Source: a virus
Taxonomy: Duplodnaviria > Caudoviricetes
Reading direction: 5' to 3' (one strand)
Virus record (IMG/VR): IMGVR_UViG_3300025357_000008
Span: 32,001-96,000 of that record
Length of the DNA stretch: 64,000 bases
Positions 26,112 to 37,900 of this stretch are shown here, piece after piece. Every line of letters begins with the position of its first letter. Position 1 is the first letter of the stretch. A model generated the notes under the pieces. It was not told the origin of the DNA and did not search any database. It was given only the letters and a program-made list of their open reading frames with translations. The position numbers were made by a program, and so were the translations under genes.

Positions 26112-26711
26112 TTATGAGTTCCTTATCTCGTTTAATGAATCGTGCCACACTTCTTTTGCCGTGGCTTTCTTAAATTGTTGTACTGGTAATGCTAAAGCGA
26201 CATCCCATTCTTCTGGTTGTACCGCCAAAATCCTTGAACGAGTATGTTCGTACAGGTATCGTTTTAAACAGGGTCTAAACTCTTTCAGAGTGCGTGTGGC
26301 GTTGAGTATGTCATAAGTGACGGTCAAACGCTTAATCTCTTCCTCCTCGTTTTTAACGGCTCCATGACGTACCAGTTTTGACATCAATGCCACTCTATAA
26401 TTAAACGGCAAGTAATGCATGTTTAAACCTAAGAAACCATCGTTATACTTTTCAAGCATTAATACCAGTGGAAACTTATCGTAGTACGGCAACTCTTCTT
26501 TCATCTTAGGATCATAGTAGAAGAAGTACATCGCACCTTTTCTAACTGTTTTGGTATTCCTAGAATCTTCTTTTCTAATTGCGGCCGGTATTAATGTAGG
26601 ATTACGCAATTCGGTAATCTTATGTCCGAGCCATTTCAAAGAATCTTGGGACATTGATTTATGTCCAAGAGCCTTTCTTTCGTTTGAGAGTATTGTTAGT
26701 TTTGATGCCAT
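26112..26711 (-). CDS. gp2: DNA end protector gp2
   Basis: YFF.YDPK.K..LPYYDKFPLV, GFLGLNMHYLP, CLKRYL. Confidence 0.9.
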   Translation of the reverse strand: MASKLTILSNERKALGHKSMSQDSLKWLGHKITELRNPTLIPAAIRKEDSRNTKTVRKGAMYFFYYDPKMKEELPYYDKFPLVLMLEKYNDGFLGLNMHYLPFNYRVALMSKLVRHGAVKNEEEEIKRLTVTYDILNATRTLKEFRPCLKRYLYEHTRSRILAVQPEEWDVALALPVQQFKKATAKEVWHDSLNEIRNS

Positions 26712-26714
26712 CTA

Positions 26715-27155
26715 TTATTTAGACAGGCCTAAGTCATCTTCGGTAAGTACTTTGAACTCCCAACCACGGTCTAAACAGTACTCTGTAGCGGCTTTCCATT
26801 TGTTTTGATTGACACCATAAGTATATACTTCATTAACATACTTCTTAGTGATTCGCTGTTGTTTCTTAGGTTCCATAGTCTGAACCTTCGGTTTAATCTC
26901 TATTAAATAAGACTTAATAGTGCCGTCCTTTGTTTTCATTTGAGCATAGAAATCAACAAAGTATCGTCTAGGTCTGCCATCAGATGGGTCACGATACGGT
27001 ATCACAATCTCTTCACTTGCCCAAGATACTACGGCATCGGTCTCATCGAGCCATTTCATATATCGGTATTCCCAAGTAGAACGCCATCTGATGTTTTTGT
27101 GGTCGCCACGATACTTTTGTGGGTTTCGTGGGACAAATTTTCCGCTATAAGCCAT
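26715..27155 (-). CDS. gp4: head completion nuclease gp4
   Basis: YSGKF.P.NP.KY.GD, RS.WE, WASEE..IPY, RYFVDF, EIKP, NQNKWKAA. Confidence 0.92.
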   Translation of the reverse strand: MAYSGKFVPRNPQKYRGDHKNIRWRSTWEYRYMKWLDETDAVVSWASEEIVIPYRDPSDGRPRRYFVDFYAQMKTKDGTIKSYLIEIKPKVQTMEPKKQQRITKKYVNEVYTYGVNQNKWKAATEYCLDRGWEFKVLTEDDLGLSK

Positions 27156-27182
27156 ATTATTACCAATTATTGAATGTCCCGT

Positions 27183-27199
27183 TATTTATGATATAAATA
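27183..27199. promoter_or_regulatory. back-to-back late promoters for gp4 (-) and gp48 (+)
   Basis: CATAAATA on the minus strand (27183-27190) and TATAAATA on the plus strand (27192-27199). Confidence 0.75.
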
Positions 27200-27224
27200 C
27201 CTCTAACAACTATTCTCTAGGCAC

Positions 27225-28568
27225 ATGTCATTTATTACCAATCCAGCCAAAAACGGGCTACAAGTACCATTTAAGCAACTTGCAGGCCCTCTAGCAAAAC
27301 TTTTTAATAAAGAAGGTTCTGGCAATTTTGTTTATCCATCAGATTTAACAACAAATCCGGCAATGAGTCATGCCGTACAGTTTTCAATTTACGATTGGAA
27401 CACACCTTTTGCAGAATCTATTAGTAATGCCCCATATACTGCAAGTGCGGCCGCTCAAACTGCTGTCGGTGCATATCAAGAAGCGGTAACAAAATTTAAT
27501 GAGGCAAGAAGTGCGTATTCAAAAGAAGGTGGTTCGATACCAGCTAATCTTGAAGCATTACAAGCCGCTACAACTTCATTAGAAGCAAAATTAGTTAGTG
27601 CCGCTCCTGCACTTTTCAGTTTATTTCAATCTAGTTATTCAGCAACAACATATAAGCCAAGAAAAAAATCAAACATACTTTCAAAAATATCTTTGTATTT
27701 ACCGGATACATTAACTGCATCTTGGGATTCAAATTACAATTCGGTAAGTATGACTCAAGAACTTGGCAAACTTGGTTTTTTAGCGAGTGCGGCAGATTCT
27801 ATTAAAAGTCTTTCTAAGAATGGTATTTCAAATATAACTGCATCAGATATTCTATCCGATCCTAATGCTAAATCTGCAATATCAACACTATTAGGTACGT
27901 TAGGTGGTAAATTAGGTGGTTCTGCCGATAATCAAACACAATTATTAGAACAAGCCCTAGGTCAGTTTGTTAATCCTCAAACTCAATTAATATATCAAGG
28001 TAGAGACTTCAGAAACTTTACGATGACCTTTATATTCACACCAAAAAGTTCTGCTGAGGCTGAGACTGTTCAAAATATTATTGACACATTCACATACTAT
28101 TCTTCACCTGGTCTAATAAATGCTGGTTCAACAGATGCCGGTAGATACTTAACACCACCACAACTAATGTCTGTAAAAATGGTATTCACAGGACAAAATG
28201 GTATTACTGGTTCTGTTATCACTCAACTCAAAAGTGCATTAAATAATGCAGGATTAGGTTTCTTAAATTCAAATCATAGTCTAACTGATACAATTTCAAG
28301 CGGACAAAAAGCAAAGATTTTTGATATTAAAGAATGTGTAATCACAAACGTTGCGGTTGATTATGCACCTAACGGTTGGGCCGCATTTAGTGATGGTTAT
28401 CCTGTTCAAACTACAATGACACTTAGTATGATGGAAACATCTATCTTTACAAAAGCAGACGTTAAGAATAGTAAAGTTAGTAAAAACTATCAAGATTATC
28501 AAGCCGCACTTGCAAAACAAGCGGCTGAAGACCAGCAACATTATCTTGGTGGAGGTTACGGCGCATGA
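27225..28568 (+). CDS. gp48: baseplate tail-tube cap gp48
   Basis: ISLYLP, NPQTQLIYQG..FRNF..TF.FTPKS..EA..V..II, C.ITNV.VDYAPNG. Confidence 0.8.
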   Translation: MSFITNPAKNGLQVPFKQLAGPLAKLFNKEGSGNFVYPSDLTTNPAMSHAVQFSIYDWNTPFAESISNAPYTASAAAQTAVGAYQEAVTKFNEARSAYSKEGGSIPANLEALQAATTSLEAKLVSAAPALFSLFQSSYSATTYKPRKKSNILSKISLYLPDTLTASWDSNYNSVSMTQELGKLGFLASAADSIKSLSKNGISNITASDILSDPNAKSAISTLLGTLGGKLGGSADNQTQLLEQALGQFVNPQTQLIYQGRDFRNFTMTFIFTPKSSAEAETVQNIIDTFTYYSSPGLINAGSTDAGRYLTPPQLMSVKMVFTGQNGITGSVITQLKSALNNAGLGFLNSNHSLTDTISSGQKAKIFDIKECVITNVAVDYAPNGWAAFSDGYPVQTTMTLSMMETSIFTKADVKNSKVSKNYQDYQAALAKQAAEDQQHYLGGGYGA

Positions 28569-29194
28569 AATACTTTAGTACTTTGCCGGCAACAGCAGTC
28601 TTAGACCAGAACAATAATATTATTGGTGCAGTAGATTTAACTGCAAGAGCATCATTAATACCAAAGTTATCTTTACAGCCTTTATTGTTCTATCAATATA
28701 CAATACAAGAGCAAGATACACCGGAAAATATTGCATACAAATATTATAATGACCAGTACAGATACTGGATGATATTTTATGCAAATAATATTATGGATCC
28801 CAAAGGCGATTGGCCTATGAGCAATCGAGATTTTACAGCATATTTGAATGACAAGTATGGTACTTTAGCGGCGGCAAACAATCAAACCGTGACTGCATAT
28901 TGTCAATCTACAATATATAGCTATCAAAAAGTTATAACTACATACGATAGTTCATCAACACAAACGTCAATTAAAACGGTAACTATTGATGCACCAACGT
29001 ATGCAAATACTGCAATATCAAGTTCAACTGCAACGTTCCCAAGCGGTACTGTAACGTATACTGTTTCAAAAAATATCATATCAGTTTTAGATTATGAAAA
29101 TCAACTGAATGAATCTAAAAGAAATATAAACATAATCAATAGTATATACGCAAACGATATTGAAAATCAATTTACTTCGTTAATGAATAGTTAA
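28565..29194 (+). CDS. gp53: baseplate wedge gp53
   Basis: MKYF, DTPENIAYKYY....YW.I...N.I.DP..DWP, YE..LNE.KR.I. Confidence 0.85.
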   Translation: MKYFSTLPATAVLDQNNNIIGAVDLTARASLIPKLSLQPLLFYQYTIQEQDTPENIAYKYYNDQYRYWMIFYANNIMDPKGDWPMSNRDFTAYLNDKYGTLAAANNQTVTAYCQSTIYSYQKVITTYDSSSTQTSIKTVTIDAPTYANTAISSSTATFPSGTVTYTVSKNIISVLDYENQLNESKRNINIINSIYANDIENQFTSLMNS

Positions 29195-29195
29195 A

Positions 29196-30650
29196 ATGGC
29201 AGACCAAATTTCGTCACTTAAAAGTGTCATAGATTTTGAGTTAGATTACATCAATCTATTGACTCCATCTTTAGCAAATCCTTTACCATTAAAGGAACAA
29301 TTTAAAGAGTTAAATTATTATGAAGACATCTATAGTAGCACAATTTATGGTGAATTGGTATTGTTTGATGCAACGAATATTATCTCTAATTTGAGATTAA
29401 ACGGTACAGAGTTTATCGAATTTAAATTAAGAAAACATAAAAACGATAATGTAGCAATCGAAAGAACGTTCAGGATTTATAAAATCGGTGAACGTATTAT
29501 GGATGTTTCAAAGAATCAAGAATCATTCATTGTATATTTCTGCTCTGAAGAATTAATGTTATCTGAAAGATACAGAATATCAAAATCATTTAAGAATTCT
29601 CAAATAAGTGATATCGTAAACGATATATTTACCACATATCTTAAACTCACACCACAGTCGGTAACTTTAACAAGACCTAAGAACGCACAAACGAAACGTT
29701 TTTATATTGACCCAACACTAGGTCTGTATGATTTTATTCTGCCAAACAAAAAAATATTTGAGACCTTACATTGGTTAACATTGTATGCAAGACCGGCAAC
29801 ATTAAATCCTGGTGCAGATTATCTGTTCTTCGAGAACATTAATGGTTATAACTTTGTGTCATTGCAGTCTCTGTTTACAAAAGAACCATTCAAAACTTTC
29901 TATTACAATCCGCAGAACGTCTCAATTGAAATCTCTGCTCAAGCAGTTGCGGTAAATCATATGGAAGTGGTAAAGTTTTTTGATGTTTTAGAAGCGACAT
30001 CACAAGGTATTTTTAATAATCGTTTGATAAGTATTGACCCATTGACACGAAATGTTAATGTAACAGATTTCTTTTATGACCAGTACTTTGCATTATCGCA
30101 AACATTAAACAAAGCACCGTTAACTACATCATTACAAAATCGTTGGGGTGATGTAATGTATCATTCACCTAATGATTCTAGAATGGAAGTCGGTGCTTTA
30201 AGGCTTGCCCCAACTAATTATAATGAGAAACAACTTTTCACTTCACCTGAAACTAATTCATCTGTCGCACATGACATACATATTGAACAATATATACCGA
30301 ATAGAGTTGCTCAGTTAGGTCTTGCAAACTATATGAAAATTAAGATTATTATTCCTGGTGACAGTCAAATTTATGTTGGTATGGTTTTGAATTTCAAAAC
30401 ATATGATTTGACACCGACACAATTATCTACACCGAATAGTGAGGCAAAGAAATATGATTTATTCTATTCTGGTAAATATCTTGTTACTGGTGTAAGACAC
30501 ATAGTCGGTAAGACAGAATACAAAACAATAATTGAAATGGTAAAAGAAAGTTTTGGTACTAATGATAAACATTATTTGCCAGCACCACCAAATCCTTTAA
30601 CGCAAGGCTTTCAGAATGCCGTGAACGGAATACAAAATGTCGAATCGTAA
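29196..30650 (+). CDS. baseplate hub protein (gp27-like)
   Basis: YEDIYS..IYG, YLFFEN..GYNF.S, IPGD....VG, YSGKYLVT.VRH; lies between gp53 and gp5. Confidence 0.7.
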   Translation: MADQISSLKSVIDFELDYINLLTPSLANPLPLKEQFKELNYYEDIYSSTIYGELVLFDATNIISNLRLNGTEFIEFKLRKHKNDNVAIERTFRIYKIGERIMDVSKNQESFIVYFCSEELMLSERYRISKSFKNSQISDIVNDIFTTYLKLTPQSVTLTRPKNAQTKRFYIDPTLGLYDFILPNKKIFETLHWLTLYARPATLNPGADYLFFENINGYNFVSLQSLFTKEPFKTFYYNPQNVSIEISAQAVAVNHMEVVKFFDVLEATSQGIFNNRLISIDPLTRNVNVTDFFYDQYFALSQTLNKAPLTTSLQNRWGDVMYHSPNDSRMEVGALRLAPTNYNEKQLFTSPETNSSVAHDIHIEQYIPNRVAQLGLANYMKIKIIIPGDSQIYVGMVLNFKTYDLTPTQLSTPNSEAKKYDLFYSGKYLVTGVRHIVGKTEYKTIIEMVKESFGTNDKHYLPAPPNPLTQGFQNAVNGIQNVES

Positions 30651-30960
30651 TACTTTTTTTGGTTTCAATGGTTTTGTTTGGTGGGTTGGTGTCATCACTA
30701 ACAATTCAGACCCATTAACAATAGGTAGATGTCAAGTTAGAATTTTTGGTTGGCATTCACCTTTACAAGAGATGCTTCCTGATTCGGATTTGCCTTGGGC
30801 ACATCCATTACTACCTATAAATAATTCGACTTCATTTGAGACGCCTGATATAGGTGAATGGGTGATGGGTTTCTTTATGGACGGTGAGTCAGGACAATTT
30901 CCAATAATGATGGGTATTTTACCTAAAGCGACAACAGACGGTATCACACCGAATGAATAA
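30637..30960 (+). CDS. gp5: gp5 N-terminal OB-fold part
   Basis: FVWWVGV...DPL..GRCQVRIFGWH, LPWA, GEWVMGFFMDGESGQFP..MG. Confidence 0.85.
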   Translation: MSNRNTFFGFNGFVWWVGVITNNSDPLTIGRCQVRIFGWHSPLQEMLPDSDLPWAHPLLPINNSTSFETPDIGEWVMGFFMDGESGQFPIMMGILPKATTDGITPNE

Positions 30961-30970
30961 GGAGTAATAA

Positions 30971-31702
30971 ATGGCAGATTCAACAACACAAGGTTCTACA
31001 GGTTCGCAACCAGTTTCAGATTTACAAAAAGCAAGAGAGTTCTATGCGGCTCAACCTTTGTCACCTCTTGCAAATACAAATGCCTCCGCTACAAGTGTTC
31101 TACCGGCAGGTGTGAATCTTGAAGCTGTATCTGCACCAGCAACAGCAGGAACTAATCCATTTGATATTGCGGGTAATGCCACAGTCGTTGAGGTACCTAA
31201 TGTATCAGCGACATCAGCAAGTAATAATACAAACCCAAATATTGCACAGAAAACAGGTACAAGCGGAACAACACCTGCTACTGCAACAGGTGTGACAAAA
31301 GGTACGCCAGTAGCAAACGCAAATTCAAAAACAGTTCACGTATGTGATATTTGTAATGGTATGGCGAGTACAATTGCACAAGCAAGGTCTGCAATTCTAA
31401 AAGCGTTGAAAGAACTTAGAACTGCAATTCTTAAAGCATTGGGCTTAGGTGATGTTGAGGCTCAAATTAAAGCGGCTAAGGCCGCCGCCGCTTGGGTTAA
31501 GAAAGTAATTAAAACAATACAAGATACAATTCAAACCATTCAAGCATACATAAAGTGGATTACAAATTTGATTGAGACACTTAAGAAGGCAATTGAAGAT
31601 GCAATTAAGAACGGTCTTCAACATCTAGTGGATCAATTTAAACAATGTCTTGCTGAAGCAGAAGCATCAGCGGCAAAAGCAGTTTCCGCATCGAAAGCAT
31701 AA
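30971..31702 (+). CDS. middle gene of the split gp5 locus (Thr/Ala-rich plus amphipathic helices)
   Basis: AAGGAG RBS; HVCDIC motif followed by long amphipathic helices. Confidence 0.7.
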   Translation: MADSTTQGSTGSQPVSDLQKAREFYAAQPLSPLANTNASATSVLPAGVNLEAVSAPATAGTNPFDIAGNATVVEVPNVSATSASNNTNPNIAQKTGTSGTTPATATGVTKGTPVANANSKTVHVCDICNGMASTIAQARSAILKALKELRTAILKALGLGDVEAQIKAAKAAAAWVKKVIKTIQDTIQTIQAYIKWITNLIETLKKAIEDAIKNGLQHLVDQFKQCLAEAEASAAKAVSASKA

Positions 31703-31714
31703 TAGGATTAAATT

Positions 31715-32467
31715 ATGACAATACCTGATAGTTCATGGTCTGAACCGTTTTCAACGGCAAAACCACAGTACCCCTACAACAATGTAAAGCAGACTAGGGG
31801 TGGTCATCTATTTGAAATGGATGATACACCTGGTGCAGAAAGAATTCGTTTGCAACATGGAACGGCAAACAATTTTACAGAATGGCAAGCAGACGGCACA
31901 GGAATTACTAAGATTTTCGGTAATGGTTATCAAATTACAATGGCAAACAACAATGTCTACATAGGTGGACAATGTAATATTACCGTTGTAGGTCCTTCAG
32001 TCATGCACGTTCAAGGTGATTCCTATATACAAGTTGACGGTAATGTTAATCAGACTGTTGGTGGTGATATGATAACTCATGTTACCGGTAATGCTGAGAT
32101 TATTGGTGAAGGTGATTTAGATATTTCAACAAATGGTGCGTTAACTCTTTCAGCAGACTCATTACTTTTAAATTCTGATTTGACTGTAAATGGTAGTGTA
32201 ACAGCTCTAGGCGGTATTTCAGCAGTAAGTTCAATATCTTCTTCAACTGGTAGTATACTTGCACCTCTAGGTTCAGTTGCAGTCGGCCTTAAAGCATTGA
32301 CACCTGCGGTTCTTGTACCAGGAAACATTTATGATGCAGGACCTTTAGCAACACCTGATACCTCAACACTTTCTGCATTAAGAACTTTCTACGATACACA
32401 TACTCATATTGCAATTGGTTTAGGCTCACCAACAGCACCTCCAATACCATTAGACCCATCCGTTTAA
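31715..32467 (+). CDS. gp5: gp5 C-terminal beta-helix spike
   Basis: YPYNNV..T.GGHLFEMDDTPGAERIRLQHG, V.G beta-helix repeats, terminal HTH(HxH). Confidence 0.85.
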   Translation: MTIPDSSWSEPFSTAKPQYPYNNVKQTRGGHLFEMDDTPGAERIRLQHGTANNFTEWQADGTGITKIFGNGYQITMANNNVYIGGQCNITVVGPSVMHVQGDSYIQVDGNVNQTVGGDMITHVTGNAEIIGEGDLDISTNGALTLSADSLLLNSDLTVNGSVTALGGISAVSSISSSTGSILAPLGSVAVGLKALTPAVLVPGNIYDAGPLATPDTSTLSALRTFYDTHTHIAIGLGSPTAPPIPLDPSV

Positions 32468-32480
32468 ACATAAATAGAAA

Positions 32481-32870
32481 ATGGCAAGTACAATTATATA
32501 CTCAGACTTAGACTTACGTTTCCTTCCCAACCCGGTGACGGGCGATATATCTATGAGTTATAATGAGCAGGCAGTCATTCGTTCTATCAAAAATATTCTT
32601 TATACTGCACCGTATGAAAGATTATTTGACCCAACAATCGGTAGCGGTCTACCAGCATTATTGTTTGAGCCAGTTTCACCACTTACCGCAAGTAGTATTG
32701 AGGATGAAATTATCAGACTCATTTCAAATTATGAGCCAAGAGCAACAATTTATCAGTTAAACGTTTCTGCAAATGCAGACCAAGATAGTTTTCAAGTCAG
32801 TCTTTCTGTTTTTATTGGTAATAATACGACACCGACTGCTATCAATCTAATACTTCAAAGGAATAGATAA
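32481..32870 (+). CDS. gp25: baseplate wedge gp25
   Basis: YSDLDL.F..NPVTGD, SIKNI..T..YERLF.P.IGS, NYEPR; CATAAATA late promoter upstream. Confidence 0.9.
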   Translation: MASTIIYSDLDLRFLPNPVTGDISMSYNEQAVIRSIKNILYTAPYERLFDPTIGSGLPALLFEPVSPLTASSIEDEIIRLISNYEPRATIYQLNVSANADQDSFQVSLSVFIGNNTTPTAINLILQRNR

Positions 32871-34942
32871 TGGCTGGAGCCAATTCTAACATTCAACTAA
32901 CTGCTCTAGATTTTAACACAATCAAGCAGAACTTTATTACCTATCTACAAGGTCAGTCTCAGTTTAAAGATTACAACTTTGAAGGTTCTGCTATTGATAC
33001 CCTATTAGATGTTTTTGCTTATAATACACAGTATAATGCTTTCTATCTTAATATGGTAGCTAATGAGATGTTCTTAGATTCTGCTGTGCAAAGACGTTCT
33101 GTCGTTTCACATGCAAAGTTATTAGACTATACACCCAAATCTGCAATATGTCCTGTTGCATTTGTCAATATGAGATTTACAGGAGTTACAACACCGACTG
33201 TAACTTTACCATCATTCTCAACGTTTTTGTCTGAACAAATCAATGGCGTTAATTATGTTTTTACAAATATTAATCCTGTAACAGCAACAACAAATTTAAT
33301 TACTAATGTTTGTACATTTTCTAATGTTGCAATATATCAAGGTGTACTTGCATCTTACTCATTTACCGTAGATTCTACAAGTAACCCAACATATACATTT
33401 GAAATACCTGATAATGCTATTGATACCACAACATTGAAAGTTGTTGTTCAACAATCTTCATCAAATTCAGCAGTTCAAGTATATCAACCAGCATCAAATA
33501 GTTTATATTTAAATGGTTCTTCTACTGTTTATTTCATCAATGAAGCATTAACCGGCAACTATGAAATTTCTTTTGGTGACGGTATTCTTGGTAAACAATT
33601 GACAGATGGTAATATTATTACAGTTTCTTATTTGTCAACAGAAGGTTCTTCAGCGGCAGGTGCAAATAGTTTCTCATTAATGACTAACGTTGGTGGATTT
33701 AATGGTATTGTTACTGGTCGTTTACCGGCAACAAAAGGCTCGAACAAAGAATCAATTTCTTCTATTAAGTATCAAGCACCTAAAGCATATGCCGCTCAAG
33801 GTCGTGCAGTAACTAAAGACGATTACATCTCTGCTATTCAACAGAATACATTATTCGGTTTTGATGCTGTAAATGTTTGGGGTGGACAAGAAAATGATCC
33901 GCCAGTATATGGACAAGTATTTGTTTGCTTGAAGCCCTCAGGTGCATATACATTAACTCAAACACAAAAGACTGTTATTACCGACCAGATTTTAAAACCT
34001 ATTTCAATGATGACTGTTGTTCCGGTAATCGTTGATCCTGATTACAATTACATTAAGATAACATCTAATGTTTTGTTTAATTCAACACAGACAACATATA
34101 GTGCATCACAAATGGGTTCTTTGGTATTCAATTCAATTAAGAATTTTGCCAACACAACATTAAACACATTCAATTCAACATTCTCTGGCTCCGATTTAAT
34201 TGTAACAGTTCAAAATGCAAATCAAGCTATTTTAGGTAATGAAATTGCAATTCAGTTACAGAAAAAATTCTATCCTAGTTTAACTGGTTCTCAATCTTAT
34301 AAATTTAACTTTGGTGTACCACTTCAAAGAGGTGTATTACTAAGTGGTGTTACAAGTTATCCTGGCATTCAATACACAGACCCAACAAACATTACAAATA
34401 TAATTGATGGTGTTTATATTGATGAAATGCCAGAAGTGACATCAGGTATTCAATCCATTTCAATTATCAATCCTGGCTATTCATATCAGTATCAACCAAC
34501 TGTCACAATCTATGGTGATGGTACAGGTGCAACTGCTGAGGCAATTCTTACAAATGGCTCTCTGAGTGCAATTAATGTGACTAATGCAGGTTCAGGTTAT
34601 ACTGCCGCTTCAATCGTAATCACACCCGCAATTAATGACACCTCAGGTACAAATGGTGCCGCTGTTGCTACATTAGAAGGTCAGTATGGCACATTACGTT
34701 TATACTATTATAACGGCAATAATGTCAAAACTATTTTAAACCCAAACATCGGTGTAATTGATTATATAAATGGTATCGTCACATTAAATGCATTTAATCC
34801 TGTAAATGTTGACAATGCTCTTGCTCAATTGTCTATTACAGTTAATCCTGCATCGACTATGTTCTCATCTACATACAATAGGATTATCACGGTTGATCCT
34901 AATGATCCGACTGCTATCACAGTTAATGTAACCGCAAAATAA
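32870..34942 (+). CDS. gp6: baseplate wedge gp6
   Basis: LDF.TIK, F.DYNFEGS, AYNT.YNAFY.NM..NE.FLDSA, FGDG.LG, Q.RAVT.DDY. Confidence 0.92.
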   Translation: MAGANSNIQLTALDFNTIKQNFITYLQGQSQFKDYNFEGSAIDTLLDVFAYNTQYNAFYLNMVANEMFLDSAVQRRSVVSHAKLLDYTPKSAICPVAFVNMRFTGVTTPTVTLPSFSTFLSEQINGVNYVFTNINPVTATTNLITNVCTFSNVAIYQGVLASYSFTVDSTSNPTYTFEIPDNAIDTTTLKVVVQQSSSNSAVQVYQPASNSLYLNGSSTVYFINEALTGNYEISFGDGILGKQLTDGNIITVSYLSTEGSSAAGANSFSLMTNVGGFNGIVTGRLPATKGSNKESISSIKYQAPKAYAAQGRAVTKDDYISAIQQNTLFGFDAVNVWGGQENDPPVYGQVFVCLKPSGAYTLTQTQKTVITDQILKPISMMTVVPVIVDPDYNYIKITSNVLFNSTQTTYSASQMGSLVFNSIKNFANTTLNTFNSTFSGSDLIVTVQNANQAILGNEIAIQLQKKFYPSLTGSQSYKFNFGVPLQRGVLLSGVTSYPGIQYTDPTNITNIIDGVYIDEMPEVTSGIQSISIINPGYSYQYQPTVTIYGDGTGATAEAILTNGSLSAINVTNAGSGYTAASIVITPAINDTSGTNGAAVATLEGQYGTLRLYYYNGNNVKTILNPNIGVIDYINGIVTLNAFNPVNVDNALAQLSITVNPASTMFSSTYNRIITVDPNDPTAITVNVTAK

Positions 34943-37900
34943 TGATACAAAGTAATCAGAAAACATCGTTATTCATACCATCGCAGTTACCTGAGTATCT
35001 ATTAGATACTTCGGTATATGGGAATAACTTCGTAACGTTTTTACAAGCGTATTACGAATGGATGGAACTCGCTAATACTGCAAATGCTAATACAGTAACA
35101 GCAGACACTAACGGTACTCAAGGTGCTCTATATGCATCAAAGAGTCTATGGGATTATACAGATATCGACAATACTCTTGAAGGTTTTCAACAGTATTTCA
35201 TTAATGATTTCTTACAATACTTTCCAGCAGAATCTTTAATATCACCTACGACTGCGGTAAAAATTGCAAGACAATTGTACCAGTCTAAAGGTACTCCTGC
35301 ATCGTATCAATTTTTATTCAGAGTTTTGTTTGATTCAGACTTTGATTATTTCTATACAAAAGATGCCGTCCTTGCCGCATCTTCAGGTAAATGGTATGTA
35401 CCTAAGAGTATTCTTTTAGAAACATCAGATACAAACTTTCTTGCCGCAGTCAACTATAAAGTATTTGGTTTAATATCAAAATCATTTGCTACGATTGAAA
35501 ATGTTATTTTAGCTGACAATAAAATTGAAATTTTTATTTCTGATATTGAACGTTTGTTTCAATCAGGTGAATCAGTAACTATTGTAGATGCTTACAATCA
35601 ACCGGTTTACTTTTTAAATGGTAAAGTGGTACCAGCAGGCACATCTGGTGCAGAAACTTTAACTGCTGTTATTCTTGGTCAGATTAGTCAAATCAATATC
35701 AACCCAACAGCGAGAGGTCTTGGTTATAACGTAGCAGACCCTGTGATTGTATATGGTGGTTTGAATTCTAACGTTGCAAACCCTATCGGTGCAATTGCTG
35801 AAGTCGCTTCAGTTACAACAGGTTCTATTCAAGATATTACTGTTGTAAACGGTGGTTATGGATATTCAACATTTCCACCAAGCGGTACATCATTGTATCC
35901 AGGTAATGCAGTTTCATTAATCTCTATTACTGGTCAGCAAACATCAGGCGCAAATGCCACAGTATTTTCTGTAGCATCTGGTGGTGAGGCGACAATAACT
36001 ATACCTATTGATTCTATTGCAGTTTCTAATGGTTTTAGTATTGGTAACACATTAAGTTTCTTATCAGCAAACACAAGTGCAACTGCAAATGCAACACTTG
36101 CAAACGCACTAACATTCACGACAATACAAACTAACCCAATCGGCTCTGTTGTATTGAATAATGGTGGCGGTGGTATTAATTATGTTCCTGTAGCAACAGC
36201 ACAGTCACAGTATGTTTCAAACGACACTACAAACAATATTTTTGGTAGTATCAGTTCTTTAGGTATTCTTGCACCTATTCAGATTGCAAATACAGGAACA
36301 GGATACAGTAATAATGACACAATCGTATTTACCGGTGGCTGCGGTTACGGTGCAAATGCAAGAATTCGTGTTAATGCAAATGGTAGTATCATAAACGTAA
36401 TGTATCAAGCAGTTTCAGGTTTACCGTCTGGCGGCTTAGGATATATTGGTGGTGTTTTACCTAACGTTTCAATACAAACATCTACAGGTTCTAATGCTAC
36501 TATATACGTACCTGGCACACTTGGTTCTGGTGCAACATTCTCATTAACATTGAATCAGATTGGTGCAGTAAGTTTAATTAATGTACTGCAAGGCGGTGAA
36601 GATTATACTGGAACACCGAATGTATCATTAGTCGTACAAGATATCGTAGTCTCAAATCTTATCCCTGCACTTCTACCAGTATCTGGTGAGACCTTGTATC
36701 AAGGTGCAAACGTAAACGTTGCATCATATATCGCAACTGTTAACTCTATTTCATTGCTACAGCAAAACGGAAACCCTAGACAATCTGTTTATAATTTAAG
36801 AGTCTTCAATTATACATCACAACCTAATCCAACATTACCATTATTAATTAAAAATACAAATATTAATATGGCAATGGTTAATACTGCTTACGGTGCTACT
36901 CAGTATACACAGTCAGTTTATAATCAATATGGTGTAAGAAACTATGGTGACGGTAACGCAAGAGCATCAACAAAATATTTAAACGGTCTTGTGATTGGAC
37001 AAGGTCAATATCTAACATCATCAGGTCAACTAAGTTCTTATGATGTATTGCAGAGTAAAGACTATAATAATTTCACATATCAAATTACAGTTGAGAAAGC
37101 AATCTCTGATTATAGAAGTACTCTATTAAATCTATTGCACCCATCCGGTGTTAATTTAATTGGCAGATATGCGCTAAAATCTAACACAGTAGTTGATTAT
37201 GATATCGAAGATACACTAGCAACACAAGAATATTTGAACAAGATTATAGGCACAAATAACGTACAAGGTACGATGAACGTTGCAGACAATCAGTATGTCG
37301 CATCTGCTAATATATACTATCACGGTTATAATTATCAAGCAAACGATATTCTGACAATCTCTGGCGGTACAAGTGTATACCCTGCACAAATTAAAGTCTT
37401 AAGTGTATACGGTTCAGCAAATGACATCGGTTCATTTGTGGTAAGTAATGTCGGTAACTATAGCGTATTCCCAACAAATCCAGTTTCAGTTACTGGTGGG
37501 GCAGGTTCGACTGCACAGTTTAATCTGGCACCAGATTATCTAAACTACTCTGCAAATACAATCTCTATTGGTTATTTACCAACTGGTAACTATATAAACT
37601 ATTCTACGTTTGTAACTATGACAACCGCAAACAATTTCAATGTTGTTTCAGGTCTTGCTAATGTAAACTTTGCCGCTAATACAGTTACATTAACGGATAG
37701 TGTTTGGGTACGATTTGCGAATGTTGCTTATGGTACCGGTAACAGTAATTCAAGCATAATAAATATATCAAACGTATACACAGATGTATATAACATCATC
37801 AATGATGGTGTCTATTCAAACACTTCTTATCCGATAATTGATGTCATTCAAACGAATGATGTCTTAAGTAGTAATGGTTATTATATCGGTAAAGTTCAGT

